Shown piece by piece: positions 1 through 8,574 of a stretch of 64,000 nucleotides of DNA; positions within the stretch are counted from its first letter, which is position 1, and every line of letters begins with the position of its first letter. The notes below the pieces were generated by a model. It was not told the DNA's origin and searched no databases. It was given only the letters and a program-made list of their open reading frames with translations. The stretch is from NCBI GenBank assembly GCA_018818205.1, contig JAHISJ010000025.1:7343-71342 (forward strand), read 5' to 3'. The stretch comes from Patescibacteria group bacterium (GTDB lineage: Bacteria; Patescibacteriota; JABMPQ01; JAHIRA01). The position numbers and the translations under genes were made by a program.

Positions 1-634
1 GGAGCGCCTTTGCATGTCCCGCGCTAATCACCTCTTTTGAAAGTGCTTGTTTGATTTCATCCGGAAGAGAAAGAAGCCTCAGCGTATTTGCAACCGATGA
101 CCGTTTTTTGCCAACTCGCACACCTATTTCTTCTTGTGTTAAGTTAAACTGATTCATGAGCACTGTATACGCATGTGCTTCCTCAATAGGATTAAGATTG
201 TGACGTTGAACATTTTCTATCAGTGCAAGTTCAAGTTTCTCCTGTTCTGAGACAGCCCGAATAACTACCGGCACTGTCTTAAGTCCCACAAGTTTAGATG
301 CCTGAAGCCGCCGCTCACCTGCTATAAGCTGGTACGAGTTGTCTTCTTTTTTTGACACCACGAGCGGTTGCATAATACCATGCACTTTGATTGATCCGGC
401 AAGACTCCTCAGTTTATCATCGTTAAACTCTTTTCTGGGCTGGTGAGGATTTTTTTCAATTGCTGAAATATCGATTTCAACAATACTGCTTAGTGACCTA
501 TCGGGCTTTTTTGCAACCTCAGTGGACATACGTTCTTTTCTTTGAGGAATAAGGGTGGAGAGGCCTCGTCCTAGGCCAACCTTTTTTGACGCTGAAGCAT
601 TTTTGTTTTCTGGTTGATTTTGTGTTGAGTCCAT
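1..634 (-). CDS. parB: Chromosome partitioning protein ParB (N-terminal part; C-terminus runs off the window)
   Basis: Reverse-strand translation begins MDSTQNQ... and contains GLGRGLSTLI, NPHQPRKEF, IAGERR and LIENVQR motifs plus an HTH (LTQEEIGVRVGKKRSSVANTLRLL). The ATG at 632-634 lies 2 nt downstream of the parA stop. Confidence 0.85.
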   Translation of the reverse strand, partial: MDSTQNQPENKNASASKKVGLGRGLSTLIPQRKERMSTEVAKKPDRSLSSIVEIDISAIEKNPHQPRKEFNDDKLRSLAGSIKVHGIMQPLVVSKKEDNSYQLIAGERRLQASKLVGLKTVPVVIRAVSEQEKLELALIENVQRHNLNPIEEAHAYTVLMNQFNLTQEEIGVRVGKKRSSVANTLRLLSLPDEIKQALSKEVISAGHAKAL

Positions 635-636
635 GT

Positions 637-1407
637 TTATTTAGCGTTAGTGTTAATGACTTCATCTGCCAATTTTCTGTATGCCTTTGCCCCTTTTGAC
701 CACCCGGCAAGCGTTAGCACCGATTGACCAAAACTGGGTGCCTCGGCTAATCTAATATTCCTTGGGATGACTGTTTTGAATACAAAGTATGGAAAGTTGT
801 TACGCACTTCTGAAACTACATCTTCTGAAAGCCTAATACGCCTATAATACATGGTAAGTAATGCACCGAGTACCTTGAGGTCAGGATGAAGATTTTCTTT
901 AACGAGTTTAATGGTGTTTAAAAGCTGTGAGAGTCCTTCGAGCGCATAGTATTCACACTGAACGGGAATAATGATCTCGTCAGACGCAGTAAGTGCATTG
1001 AGCGTCAACAGATCAAGACTTGGCGGACAATCTATAATGATGTAGTCATAATCGTTTCGAATTTCAAGAAGCGCATTTTTAAGCAGAAACTCCCTGTCTT
1101 CCATATTAACCATCTCGATTTGACCTCCGGATAAATCTTGCTCAGCAGGAATAACGTGGAGACTTCCCTCAACATTTGTTTCATATATTAGGTTTGATGG
1201 TGCGGCCCCCTCAATGAGAGCATTATAGAGTGTACCCCTTTTTGGATCTGCTTCTATGCCAAGACCACTTCCCGCGTTTGCTTGTGGATCAAGGTCAACA
1301 AGCAACACAAACTTACCCTTTTCTGCAAGGGCACACGCAAGATTCACCGACGTTGTTGTTTTCCCGGTACCGCCTTTTTGATTGACGACTGCAATGACGC
1401 GCGCCAT
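637..1407 (-). CDS. parA: ParA/Soj family chromosome partitioning ATPase
   Basis: 256 aa with a deviant Walker A motif (VVNQKGGTGKTTTSVNLA) and a canonical ParA fold signature. It is adjacent to parB. Confidence 0.9.
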   Translation of the reverse strand: MARVIAVVNQKGGTGKTTTSVNLACALAEKGKFVLLVDLDPQANAGSGLGIEADPKRGTLYNALIEGAAPSNLIYETNVEGSLHVIPAEQDLSGGQIEMVNMEDREFLLKNALLEIRNDYDYIIIDCPPSLDLLTLNALTASDEIIIPVQCEYYALEGLSQLLNTIKLVKENLHPDLKVLGALLTMYYRRIRLSEDVVSEVRNNFPYFVFKTVIPRNIRLAEAPSFGQSVLTLAGWSKGAKAYRKLADEVINTNAK

Positions 1408-1482
1408 GTAGTTCTCGTTTTTTTAAGCACAATCATTATATCTTTTTTGGTTTGGGAATGCAATTAGAAAGCCAACACAGAA

Positions 1483-1995
1483 TTAGCTTTTAATAAGTGC
1501 GCTAAGTGCTTCAATAGTCACCCGCTGTTTTCCTTTTTGATAAATCGTGTCATAGACAAATTCTTTTGCATCAGCCAAAGGAACCCATCTGTATTCATCA
1601 AACTCGGTTTGCGAAATATCGAGTTCTTTTGTATTCACTTCCGACTTACAAAATAGATACGCTTTCCCCTCCATGATTACTTCTTCACCTTCATCAGTAA
1701 CAAGACTTCTTGAACCATGTAGATGAGTCGGAAACTCGAGCACGTCTTGACCACTATACTGACACGGCCCTGCCTTTTTAACGAAGGTACTGTCCAGTTC
1801 CTCACTCATTTCTCTAACAAATGCATCTTCAAGTTCTTCTTTATTCTCTATACCTCCTTGGGGTAGTTGCCAGAGCTCATGCTTTTCTTTATACACAAAA
1901 AGAACTGATTTCTCATATAAAAAACAACCGACGACGACAGGGCGAAGGTTTTTCTTGCGAAGATTGTTTATTTCTTCTAGTGAAGGAGAGGGCAT
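1483..1995 (-). CDS. NUDIX hydrolase
   Basis: 170 aa. A Nudix-box-like sequence (PQGGIENKEELEDAFVREMSEELD) matches the G-x5-E-x7-REuxEExGu pattern. Confidence 0.65.
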   Translation of the reverse strand: MPSPSLEEINNLRKKNLRPVVVGCFLYEKSVLFVYKEKHELWQLPQGGIENKEELEDAFVREMSEELDSTFVKKAGPCQYSGQDVLEFPTHLHGSRSLVTDEGEEVIMEGKAYLFCKSEVNTKELDISQTEFDEYRWVPLADAKEFVYDTIYQKGKQRVTIEALSALIKS

Positions 1996-2089
1996 AATTG
2001 CTTAATTTTCAATTTCTAAAGCTCAATTTTCAGGCATTCTCTTCAATGCCATACTGGCTTAACTTAAGAGTTATGAATTTAACCAAGGC

Positions 2090-3082
2090 TCAAGCATTAA
2101 GAGGTGGAATTCTTACCACGGTATGAACGCAGCTATTTGAATCTTGAACTTCTGAACCATACCCGCTCAGAGAAGACTGTCGAAAAAGACGGCTCCAGCC
2201 CACATTGCCCACATTGCCGGAAGCAGAACTATATGAACCAATAAGCAGATTATCGCTTCCATTTCCTTGCGCGTCATCAATTACTTGGTTGGTTTTTTTG
2301 AGATGGGTTAGAAAGAGAGTGAACCAGTCTTCGGGAGTTTGACCGTGTTCGCTTTGGTATTCTTCTTGCGTTTGGAGGATTTTGAGATATTCTTCTGAAG
2401 ATTTACCTATGTCAAATTGTCTTCTATTCTCTTGCATTTGTCTTTTTCGATCTTCTCGAAGATTAACATCTTTTTCTCTGAAATAAACGTTAAAGCCAGG
2501 AAATGGAGTTTCTCTTGATGCATCAAGCAGCTCTTGTTTGGTGAATCCTTGATGATTTTCTGAGAACTCTTTGGGATAATAAGCGAGTGTTCCATTGGTA
2601 TCTGCATCTTTGAACTCTTCCCACACAAAGAGTGGCTCATCTTCATTAAGCTCAAGCGGTTCTAGCGGCTCTGACTCATCTTCTTGATTCTTCATAGTAC
2701 CAAAAAGTTTTTCTTCTTTGTGATGTTTGAGAATGGTTTCTTTGGTTGTGTGAATAAGTCTCTCAAGCGGCAGCGCAAACGGAGTAATCTCGAGCTCAGT
2801 GAAGCCTTGCTTCATCTTGGTTTCAAAGACTTCTCTATTTGTAAGTATTTCTTCTTTAATCTGTTCCTCGCTTGGTAACGGATACTCTTTACCGTCAATA
2901 CCTACGATTCCTATCTCTCCACATTCAGGGAGGATTTCTAAGAGACCCAGTTCGTTTAGGATCTTTGCTTTTTCTTCGTATTGTTTGGGGAGTTCAGAAG
3001 AGAGCCACTTTTCTAGGTTAGAGGGGGTTTCTTGTTCTTGGGGTGGGATGAAGGAGGGGGTTTCTGAATGTGCCATTTTCAA
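2090..3082 (-). CDS. Hypothetical acidic protein
   Basis: Long 330-aa ORF, Glu-rich, with no recognisable catalytic motif. Confidence 0.45.
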   Translation of the reverse strand: MKMAHSETPSFIPPQEQETPSNLEKWLSSELPKQYEEKAKILNELGLLEILPECGEIGIVGIDGKEYPLPSEEQIKEEILTNREVFETKMKQGFTELEITPFALPLERLIHTTKETILKHHKEEKLFGTMKNQEDESEPLEPLELNEDEPLFVWEEFKDADTNGTLAYYPKEFSENHQGFTKQELLDASRETPFPGFNVYFREKDVNLREDRKRQMQENRRQFDIGKSSEEYLKILQTQEEYQSEHGQTPEDWFTLFLTHLKKTNQVIDDAQGNGSDNLLIGSYSSASGNVGNVGWSRLFRQSSLSGYGSEVQDSNSCVHTVVRIPPLNA

Positions 3083-3169
3083 TTACGAGTTATATTACTG
3101 AAAGAAAGTAAATAAACTTCATCTTCAAAACATGCTTAAGGTAAGACTTTTATGGAAATTGTTAATTCT

Positions 3170-3437
3170 TCAAAAACCTGTCATATAAAGGAAGTGGTGC
3201 TGTCATCCCGGACAGTCTTTCCGAAGACTGAGCCGGGATCTCCATGCTTACAGGTTAAGCTACGAGATCCCCGGAGGCTTTGCGAAGGGATATACGCAAA
3301 CTGGAATGTTGTTTAGGAACTTAAGGGGTCCCCATTAAATTCTGATTTCATGGGGAAGAGGAGGAACAATATGGAGGGTGGAGTCAATTCCGTAGCGTAG
3401 CGGAGGGATTGACGTAACCCGGAATATTGTTCCGACG
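3170..3437. ncRNA. Candidate structured non-coding RNA of unresolved identity (GC-elevated island with nested helices)
   Basis: No ORF of 60 aa or more occupies this stretch. It holds a 14-bp near-perfect hairpin (ATCCCGG-A-CAGTCTT / AAGACTG-AG-CCGGGAT) at about 3203-3246. A long-range 10-bp pairing joins GGAACAATAT (about 3361) with ATATTGTTCC (about 3421). Further stems include GTCAAT/ATTGAC, CCCCAT/ATGGGG and GCTTA/TAAGC. GC content is clearly above that of flanking DNA. Confidence 0.3.
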
Positions 3438-3522
3438 TGCCGAAGATGAGACTTGAACTCACATGACCTAAAAGGTCACACGGCCCTGAACCGTGCGCGT
3501 CTACCAATTCCGCCACTTCGGC
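3438..3522 (-). tRNA. tRNA-Leu (anticodon CAG), type II with long variable arm
   Basis: The reverse complement reads GCCGAAGTGGCGGAATTGGTAGACGCGCACGGTTCAGGGCCGTGTGACCTTTTAGGTCATGTGAGTTCAAGTCTCATCTTCGGCA. It has a 7-bp acceptor stem, a D-arm, an anticodon loop TTCAGGG (CAG), a long variable stem-loop and a T-arm GTGAG/TTCAAGT/CTCAT. CCA is not encoded. Confidence 0.9.
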
Positions 3523-3553
3523 TTCGTATCAGATAATACGATCTATCATTATA

Positions 3554-4792
3554 CTAATAGTACTGATAATTTTTCATGAATGCTGCAACTTCCTTGCCAA
3601 TCTTTCTTAACTTTGATTCTCTATTATGATTATTAAGCACCTCTGAAATCCACTTTACAATTAGTTTCATCTCAGCTTCCTTCATGCCAATTGTCGTCAC
3701 CGCAGGCGACCCCAGACGTATCCCTGAAGGGTCCATTGGCGGTCTTTCATCAAATGGAATCGTATTGTAATTCACAATGATTCCTGCTTTTTCTAAAGCA
3801 ATGGCTGCTTCTTTTCCGGTAATATCACGTGTGGAAACATCAGCAAGAACTAGATGATTGTCGGTTCCTCCAGTTGCGAGTGTAAATCCTTTCTTTGTGA
3901 GTCCTTCTGCAAGTGTCTTTGCATTCTTGATTATCTGCTCGGCATATTTTCTAAAATCAGCTCTAGACGCCTCTTTAAGTGCTACACCAATTGCCGCGGT
4001 TGTATTGTTATGGGGACCACCTTGAAGACCCGGGAACACGGCTTTATCTATACTCTTTGCATACATTTTCTTTGAAAGAATGAGCGCTCCTCTTGGTCCT
4101 CTAAGCGTTTTATGTGTTGTAGCAACAACAGTGTCAGCAAGACCAGCCGGAGAAGGATGAACGCCTGCAGCAACGAGTCCTGCAATATGCGAAATATCAG
4201 CATGCAAAAAAGCACCAACTTCTTTGGCAATTTTTTGAAAGCTAGAAAAACTAACCTTTCTAGGATACGCGGTAAAGCCGGCAATAATCAATTTTGGTTT
4301 CTCTTTTTTTGCAATCGCTCTGATTTCATCAAAATCAAGTCTGCCCGTTTCTTTTGAAACAGTATAGGGGACAACCTTAAAAAGTTTACCGGTATAGCTA
4401 ACCGACGAGCCATGCGTTAAATGTCCGCCTGACGTAAGTGTCATACCCATAATGGTATCACCTGGTTTTAAAAGCGCGAGATAACAGGCTAGATTTGCCG
4501 GTGATCCTGAATACGGCTGAACGTTTGCATGAGGCATCTCAAACAATCTCTCAGCACGACTCTTTGAAAGCTCTTCTATCTCATCTATTATGCTTTGCCC
4601 CTGATAATACCTCCTCTTTGCATATCCTTCAGAATACTTGTTTGTTAGCACTGATCCAACAGCCTCAAGTACCGCTTGAGAAACATAATTCTCTGAGGGA
4701 ATAAGCCTTATGGTTGTTAGCTGTCTTCTCTTTTCTTGCTCAATCAAATTGTATATTTTTCTGTCGTTTTTTTGTAGGTAGCTCATAGTCAA
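3554..4792 (-). CDS. glyA: Serine hydroxymethyltransferase
   Basis: 412 aa. Carries the SHMT PLP-lysine region (ATTHKTLRGPRGA) and conserved GGHLTHG. Confidence 0.92.
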   Translation of the reverse strand: MTMSYLQKNDRKIYNLIEQEKRRQLTTIRLIPSENYVSQAVLEAVGSVLTNKYSEGYAKRRYYQGQSIIDEIEELSKSRAERLFEMPHANVQPYSGSPANLACYLALLKPGDTIMGMTLTSGGHLTHGSSVSYTGKLFKVVPYTVSKETGRLDFDEIRAIAKKEKPKLIIAGFTAYPRKVSFSSFQKIAKEVGAFLHADISHIAGLVAAGVHPSPAGLADTVVATTHKTLRGPRGALILSKKMYAKSIDKAVFPGLQGGPHNNTTAAIGVALKEASRADFRKYAEQIIKNAKTLAEGLTKKGFTLATGGTDNHLVLADVSTRDITGKEAAIALEKAGIIVNYNTIPFDERPPMDPSGIRLGSPAVTTIGMKEAEMKLIVKWISEVLNNHNRESKLRKIGKEVAAFMKNYQYY

Positions 4793-4867
4793 ACCCTTTC
4801 TAAAATTATCTGCTTGTCATCTAGTAAAATCATATTATACTCACTCTATTTTTGTTTTGTCAGTATG

Positions 4868-5473
4868 TCATTCGTCTAACGTTTGTTTTATATGCCCAAA
4901 AGGAATTTCTCCTTCTCGTGTCAATTGAATACTTTCTCCTGAAAGATCAATAATTGTTGATGGTTTCCTTTTTTGAAGCGTGCCTCCAAGGAAAAGCGCA
5001 TCAGGAGTATTATCCCTTCTTTTATATGTTCTCACAACTTCCAAGTCACTGTAAAGATCGTTTTCTCCTCTTACATTAGCTGATGTTGCAGATAAGGGAA
5101 AAGTGATTTTTTCAAACAAATCTTTAACTTCTTTTTTTGATGAAACACGTATTGCGTTTGTATTTTTGTACGTTACCCCATGGATTGTTTTTTTTGCGGG
5201 AAGAATTATTGTCACAGGACCAGGGTAGAACTCATTGAACACTTTTTTTGTTCTTTCATCTACTTCACATAATTCCTCTGCCATTTTTACATCTTTGATG
5301 AGAAGAGACAAAGGACTCTCCTTACCTCTTCCTTTTATTGTATACACTGCATCTATCGCTTTTTCATTATATGCATTACACAAAAGCCCATACGACGTCT
5401 CGGTAGGAAATGCAACAACGCCGCCTTTTTTTAACACAGAAGCTACATCGGATAGTAAACGAAGTTCTTTCAT
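4868..5473 (-). CDS. tsaC: L-threonylcarbamoyladenylate synthase (TsaC/YrdC family)
   Basis: 201 aa with YrdC-domain motifs (GGVVAFPTETSYGL, SANVRGE). Confidence 0.85.
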   Translation of the reverse strand: MKELRLLSDVASVLKKGGVVAFPTETSYGLLCNAYNEKAIDAVYTIKGRGKESPLSLLIKDVKMAEELCEVDERTKKVFNEFYPGPVTIILPAKKTIHGVTYKNTNAIRVSSKKEVKDLFEKITFPLSATSANVRGENDLYSDLEVVRTYKRRDNTPDALFLGGTLQKRKPSTIIDLSGESIQLTREGEIPFGHIKQTLDE

Positions 5474-6186
5474 TAGTTTTTTAGAAACGCTTCAACAATA
5501 GATATGTCTTCCGGAGAACCAAAATCATACCAATATTTTTGAATCATGTGCACTTTTACACGCCTTTTTTCTGCAAGAATTTTAAGCGCGTCAACAAGCT
5601 CATATTCTCCCCTTTCTGACTTGGAAACATCACCCAAAACAGAAAACACCTCAGTAGTAAATTTGTATAGACCCACATTAATAATGTCTGACACAAACTC
5701 TTTGGGCTTTTCAACAATGTCTTCCAAGAAAGAATTTTGACATTTGAGTACACCATACTGAGACGGGCTTTTGTGTTTCATCCCGGAAACATACGTATAG
5801 TCGTCATTGTATGAAGCTAGTGCACTGAGATCTTGCGGAGAATAGAGATTGTCACCGTTAACCCACACACATGCATCTGAAATGTATTCCTTCGCTGCCT
5901 TTAGTGGCCCCAGAGTTCCGTAATACTCAGTGCCAACTTTCTCAAACTGATGTACCGTTTGGATTTTTGGATCGTACTCTTTTAAATACGTCTCAAGGTT
6001 TTCCGCCTTATATCCTGTTACTACAATGATATTCTCAAAACCCGCTTCTTTTATGTTTTGAAGTAAATAAAAAATAAACGGTTTTTCAAGAACCTTTATA
6101 AGTGGTTTAGGGATATCTTTAGTGAGTTCCCCCATGCGTGTTCCCTTCCCTGCCGCTGCAACAATAATTGTTTTTGTCATGCGCAA
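5473..6186 (-). CDS. Sugar-1-phosphate nucleotidyltransferase (NTP_transferase family, HddC/RmlA-like small form)
   Basis: 237 aa. The N-terminus (IIVAAAGKGTRMGELTKDIPKPLIKV) matches the G-x-G-T-R...K-P signature of sugar nucleotidyltransferases. Confidence 0.8.
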   Translation of the reverse strand: MRMTKTIIVAAAGKGTRMGELTKDIPKPLIKVLEKPFIFYLLQNIKEAGFENIIVVTGYKAENLETYLKEYDPKIQTVHQFEKVGTEYYGTLGPLKAAKEYISDACVWVNGDNLYSPQDLSALASYNDDYTYVSGMKHKSPSQYGVLKCQNSFLEDIVEKPKEFVSDIINVGLYKFTTEVFSVLGDVSKSERGEYELVDALKILAEKRRVKVHMIQKYWYDFGSPEDISIVEAFLKN

Positions 6187-6194
6187 AGTCTTTA

Positions 6195-6704
6195 TTATTC
6201 GTCTTTATCAAACCGTCTAAAGAGCAACGCTTCATCCTCTCCGTAAAAATAGTCTTTTATGACAACTTCCTCTTTAGCTCCTATGTTTTTTTCATAAAAT
6301 GCTTTTGCCTTATTCGTCGTTGCCGTACTAATCTTAACGAGACGTATTTTGACTTCTAAATCCTCTTTTGAGAAGCGCTTAATATCTTCAAAAGAATCAA
6401 TGAGTAAGAGTTTACCAAGCCCCTTTCCCCGTGCATCAGAATGCACACCGATTTGATCAAGTTCTATAACGCCTGATCTAAACCCACCTATATACATCCA
6501 GCTTGCATAGCCTAAAATCTTCCCCTCTTCCTCAGCAACAAAATACTGAATACGCGGATACGCTTTATAGTTTGCCATAATCCATTCCGCTGCTTCATCA
6601 CGATCTTTAAAATCATTAGGGAAAGCGTTTACCCCAATGGTGATAATATCACTCAAATCCATCTCTTCTGCCGGCCTTACTACAATTGTTTTTTTCTCGT
6701 CCAT
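6195..6704 (-). CDS. GNAT family N-acetyltransferase
   Basis: 169 aa with an acetyl-CoA binding motif (QIGVHSDARGKGLGKLLL). Confidence 0.8.
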   Translation of the reverse strand: MDEKKTIVVRPAEEMDLSDIITIGVNAFPNDFKDRDEAAEWIMANYKAYPRIQYFVAEEEGKILGYASWMYIGGFRSGVIELDQIGVHSDARGKGLGKLLLIDSFEDIKRFSKEDLEVKIRLVKISTATTNKAKAFYEKNIGAKEEVVIKDYFYGEDEALLFRRFDKDE

Positions 6705-6713
6705 ATTTTTTAT

Positions 6714-7742
6714 TTATATTTCTTCGATTGTAAGCCCTTTGTAGTCAAACCTATAATCAAGAATACGCGCGCCATTTTTCTTGAGCACTTCCTTTAACTC
6801 GTCCGGATCATCCTTCGCAAGCACGACCATACACCCACCACCACCTGCCCCACATACGCGAGCAGCACGCGCGCCGTGCTCTTTTGAGACCGTAATGAGC
6901 GACTCGATTTGATCCGTTGTTACTCCCGGGGACAGTCTTTTTCTGTTCTCCCAATCCTCGTTTAACACGTCAGCAAACCTATCTATATCTTCTGCAAGCA
7001 ATGCTTTTCTCATCTTTTCTGCTGTCTGTCTAATATTTTGCATTGTTTGTATCACTTCTTTATTACCATCTATATGGTCCTTAAAAATCTGCCAATTGTT
7101 TGTGCCAGAAAAATGAGGCTCGCCGGTATAGACAAGTATTAGTTTTTCTTGCAGCTCATCCAAAAATTCTTTCTTAAGACTGGGCTCTTCTCTCTTGTTG
7201 CCACGGACGGTAAGCCATAAAAAAGTGAGGCTTCCGTAGAGAGCAGGGTAATAATCTTGAAATCCGGTCGGCACCTTTATGAGCTGCGTTTCTATGCTCT
7301 TTGCAATAGTTAGCATTTCTGGCTTACTTAATCCTCTTTTTGTGTGGTGGTTAAGCGCACCAACCAGTGCAATCATAAGTGCGCTTGAACCGGCAAGGCC
7401 CGATCCTTTTGGAAGATGAATATCGGTTGTTACTCTGAGTGCTTTTTTTGGTTCAAAGTAACCGACTGTTCGGGTAAGTAACTCAAGTGTGCCTTTAGGT
7501 TTATTTTTCATTTCTTCAATCGATCCATACTGCTCCCTACTATCAAGATCTTTCGAGTAAAATTCAAAGTCTCCACCTTCTCCCTCTACTTCTTCTAAAG
7601 TTACCTCAGCGTAGAGATCGATTGCGATATTTATTGTCAGTCCAAATTCATGAAACAAAAAGAGTGGAGGCATGTCGAGCGTGCCACCGGCAAGATCAAT
7701 TCTGGTTGGTGCGAGTGCTTTAATCATGTTTAAGAAAATCAA
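6714..7742 (-). CDS. GHMP family sugar kinase (HddA/fucokinase-like anomeric sugar kinase)
   Basis: 342 aa. An N-terminal TRIDLAGGTLD motif, typical of HddA-type kinases, and a GHMP ATP-binding loop (PKGSGLAGSSALMIALVGAL). Confidence 0.8.
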   Translation of the reverse strand: MIFLNMIKALAPTRIDLAGGTLDMPPLFLFHEFGLTINIAIDLYAEVTLEEVEGEGGDFEFYSKDLDSREQYGSIEEMKNKPKGTLELLTRTVGYFEPKKALRVTTDIHLPKGSGLAGSSALMIALVGALNHHTKRGLSKPEMLTIAKSIETQLIKVPTGFQDYYPALYGSLTFLWLTVRGNKREEPSLKKEFLDELQEKLILVYTGEPHFSGTNNWQIFKDHIDGNKEVIQTMQNIRQTAEKMRKALLAEDIDRFADVLNEDWENRKRLSPGVTTDQIESLITVSKEHGARAARVCGAGGGGCMVVLAKDDPDELKEVLKKNGARILDYRFDYKGLTIEEI

Positions 7743-8574
7743 AATTTAGTTTTCCGTTGGTTGCGACTAATCGGGGAAGTGATTTATTTTTGCCAAGATT
7801 ATGTATGGTGCCGCCGGCCTCTGTAAGTATGACAATAGCAGGCGCGACATCGTAAATCCTTGTTGATCCTGAAAAATCAATATATGCATCATACTGACCA
7901 CGCGCAACCTGACAAATACTCCATGACCCTAAATGCAAACTTAGGTAGTTTTTTACTTTTTTTTGGACTTCTTCAAGGTCTTTTTGCATTTTTTTTGAAA
8001 ACTCCTCAAAATCTGTTTGCCCTGCGAACTTTTTTTCTGGTTCTTCAACTATTACTGACGCTTTACTTACTTCTGTGCAGGAAGAAGCTTGGATTCTATC
8101 ATTATTTAGAAAAGCACCGCTATCAACAACCGAGTAATATTGATTATCTTTCAAAACTTCATATACAACACCGCCGACCATGCCAAAATTACCTGAGCAG
8201 TCTCTTAGTTGCAAGCCAAGATTTACTGTAAATGCTTCACCTTTTTTCTCCTTGTAATAGCGTGTACCATCAAGAGGATCAACATGCCAAATATAATTGT
8301 TTCCTTTTATATTTCTCCATCCACTTATACTTCCAGCTTCTTCTGATGCAATCGAATCATTAGGAAAATTCTTTTTTATACCACGTATTATTATTTCCTC
8401 TGAAGCATGATCAGCGTTTGTCACCTCATCAGCTGAAACTTCTTTTTGGTAAACTTCAAGATGGGTGTTATAAAGTTCTTTTAATTTCTCTCCCGCCTCA
8501 TATGCTAGATCTCTTGCAACTTCAATTCGCTTGCTAATTTCTTCGTGTGTTGTAGCATCAGTATCCATAAGCAT
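7720..8574 (-). CDS. Inositol monophosphatase / FBPase-family (IMPase-fold) phosphatase
   Basis: 284 aa with the IMPase-family metal-binding motif WHVDPLDGT. Overlaps the downstream kinase gene by about 20 nt. Confidence 0.75.
   Translation of the reverse strand: MLMDTDATTHEEISKRIEVARDLAYEAGEKLKELYNTHLEVYQKEVSADEVTNADHASEEIIIRGIKKNFPNDSIASEEAGSISGWRNIKGNNYIWHVDPLDGTRYYKEKKGEAFTVNLGLQLRDCSGNFGMVGGVVYEVLKDNQYYSVVDSGAFLNNDRIQASSCTEVSKASVIVEEPEKKFAGQTDFEEFSKKMQKDLEEVQKKVKNYLSLHLGSWSICQVARGQYDAYIDFSGSTRIYDVAPAIVILTEAGGTIHNLGKNKSLPRLVATNGKLNFDFLKHD

Noticed and set aside
1282-1467. 61-aa plus-strand ORF inside parA
   Set aside because: It is antisense to a well-supported ParA coding sequence and has no motifs. 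The many other short antisense ORFs in the table (for example 2407..2655, 3854..4075, 9247..9486, 19164..19598, 27030..27482, 55493..56033) were rejected for the same reason.
3195-3260. Resemblance of GGTGCTGT...CCGGA...GAGCCGGGAT to SRP (4.5S) RNA domain IV
   Set aside because: The segment folds as an almost perfectly Watson-Crick hairpin with a UCCG loop. It lacks the conserved internal loops and GNRA tetraloop (GGAA / AGCAGC) of SRP helix 8. It is kept only as part of an unassigned structured RNA candidate.
3313-3516. 67-aa ORF on the minus strand
   Set aside because: It lies entirely over the tRNA-Leu gene and the structured GC-rich region. It is an artefact of GC-rich non-coding sequence.
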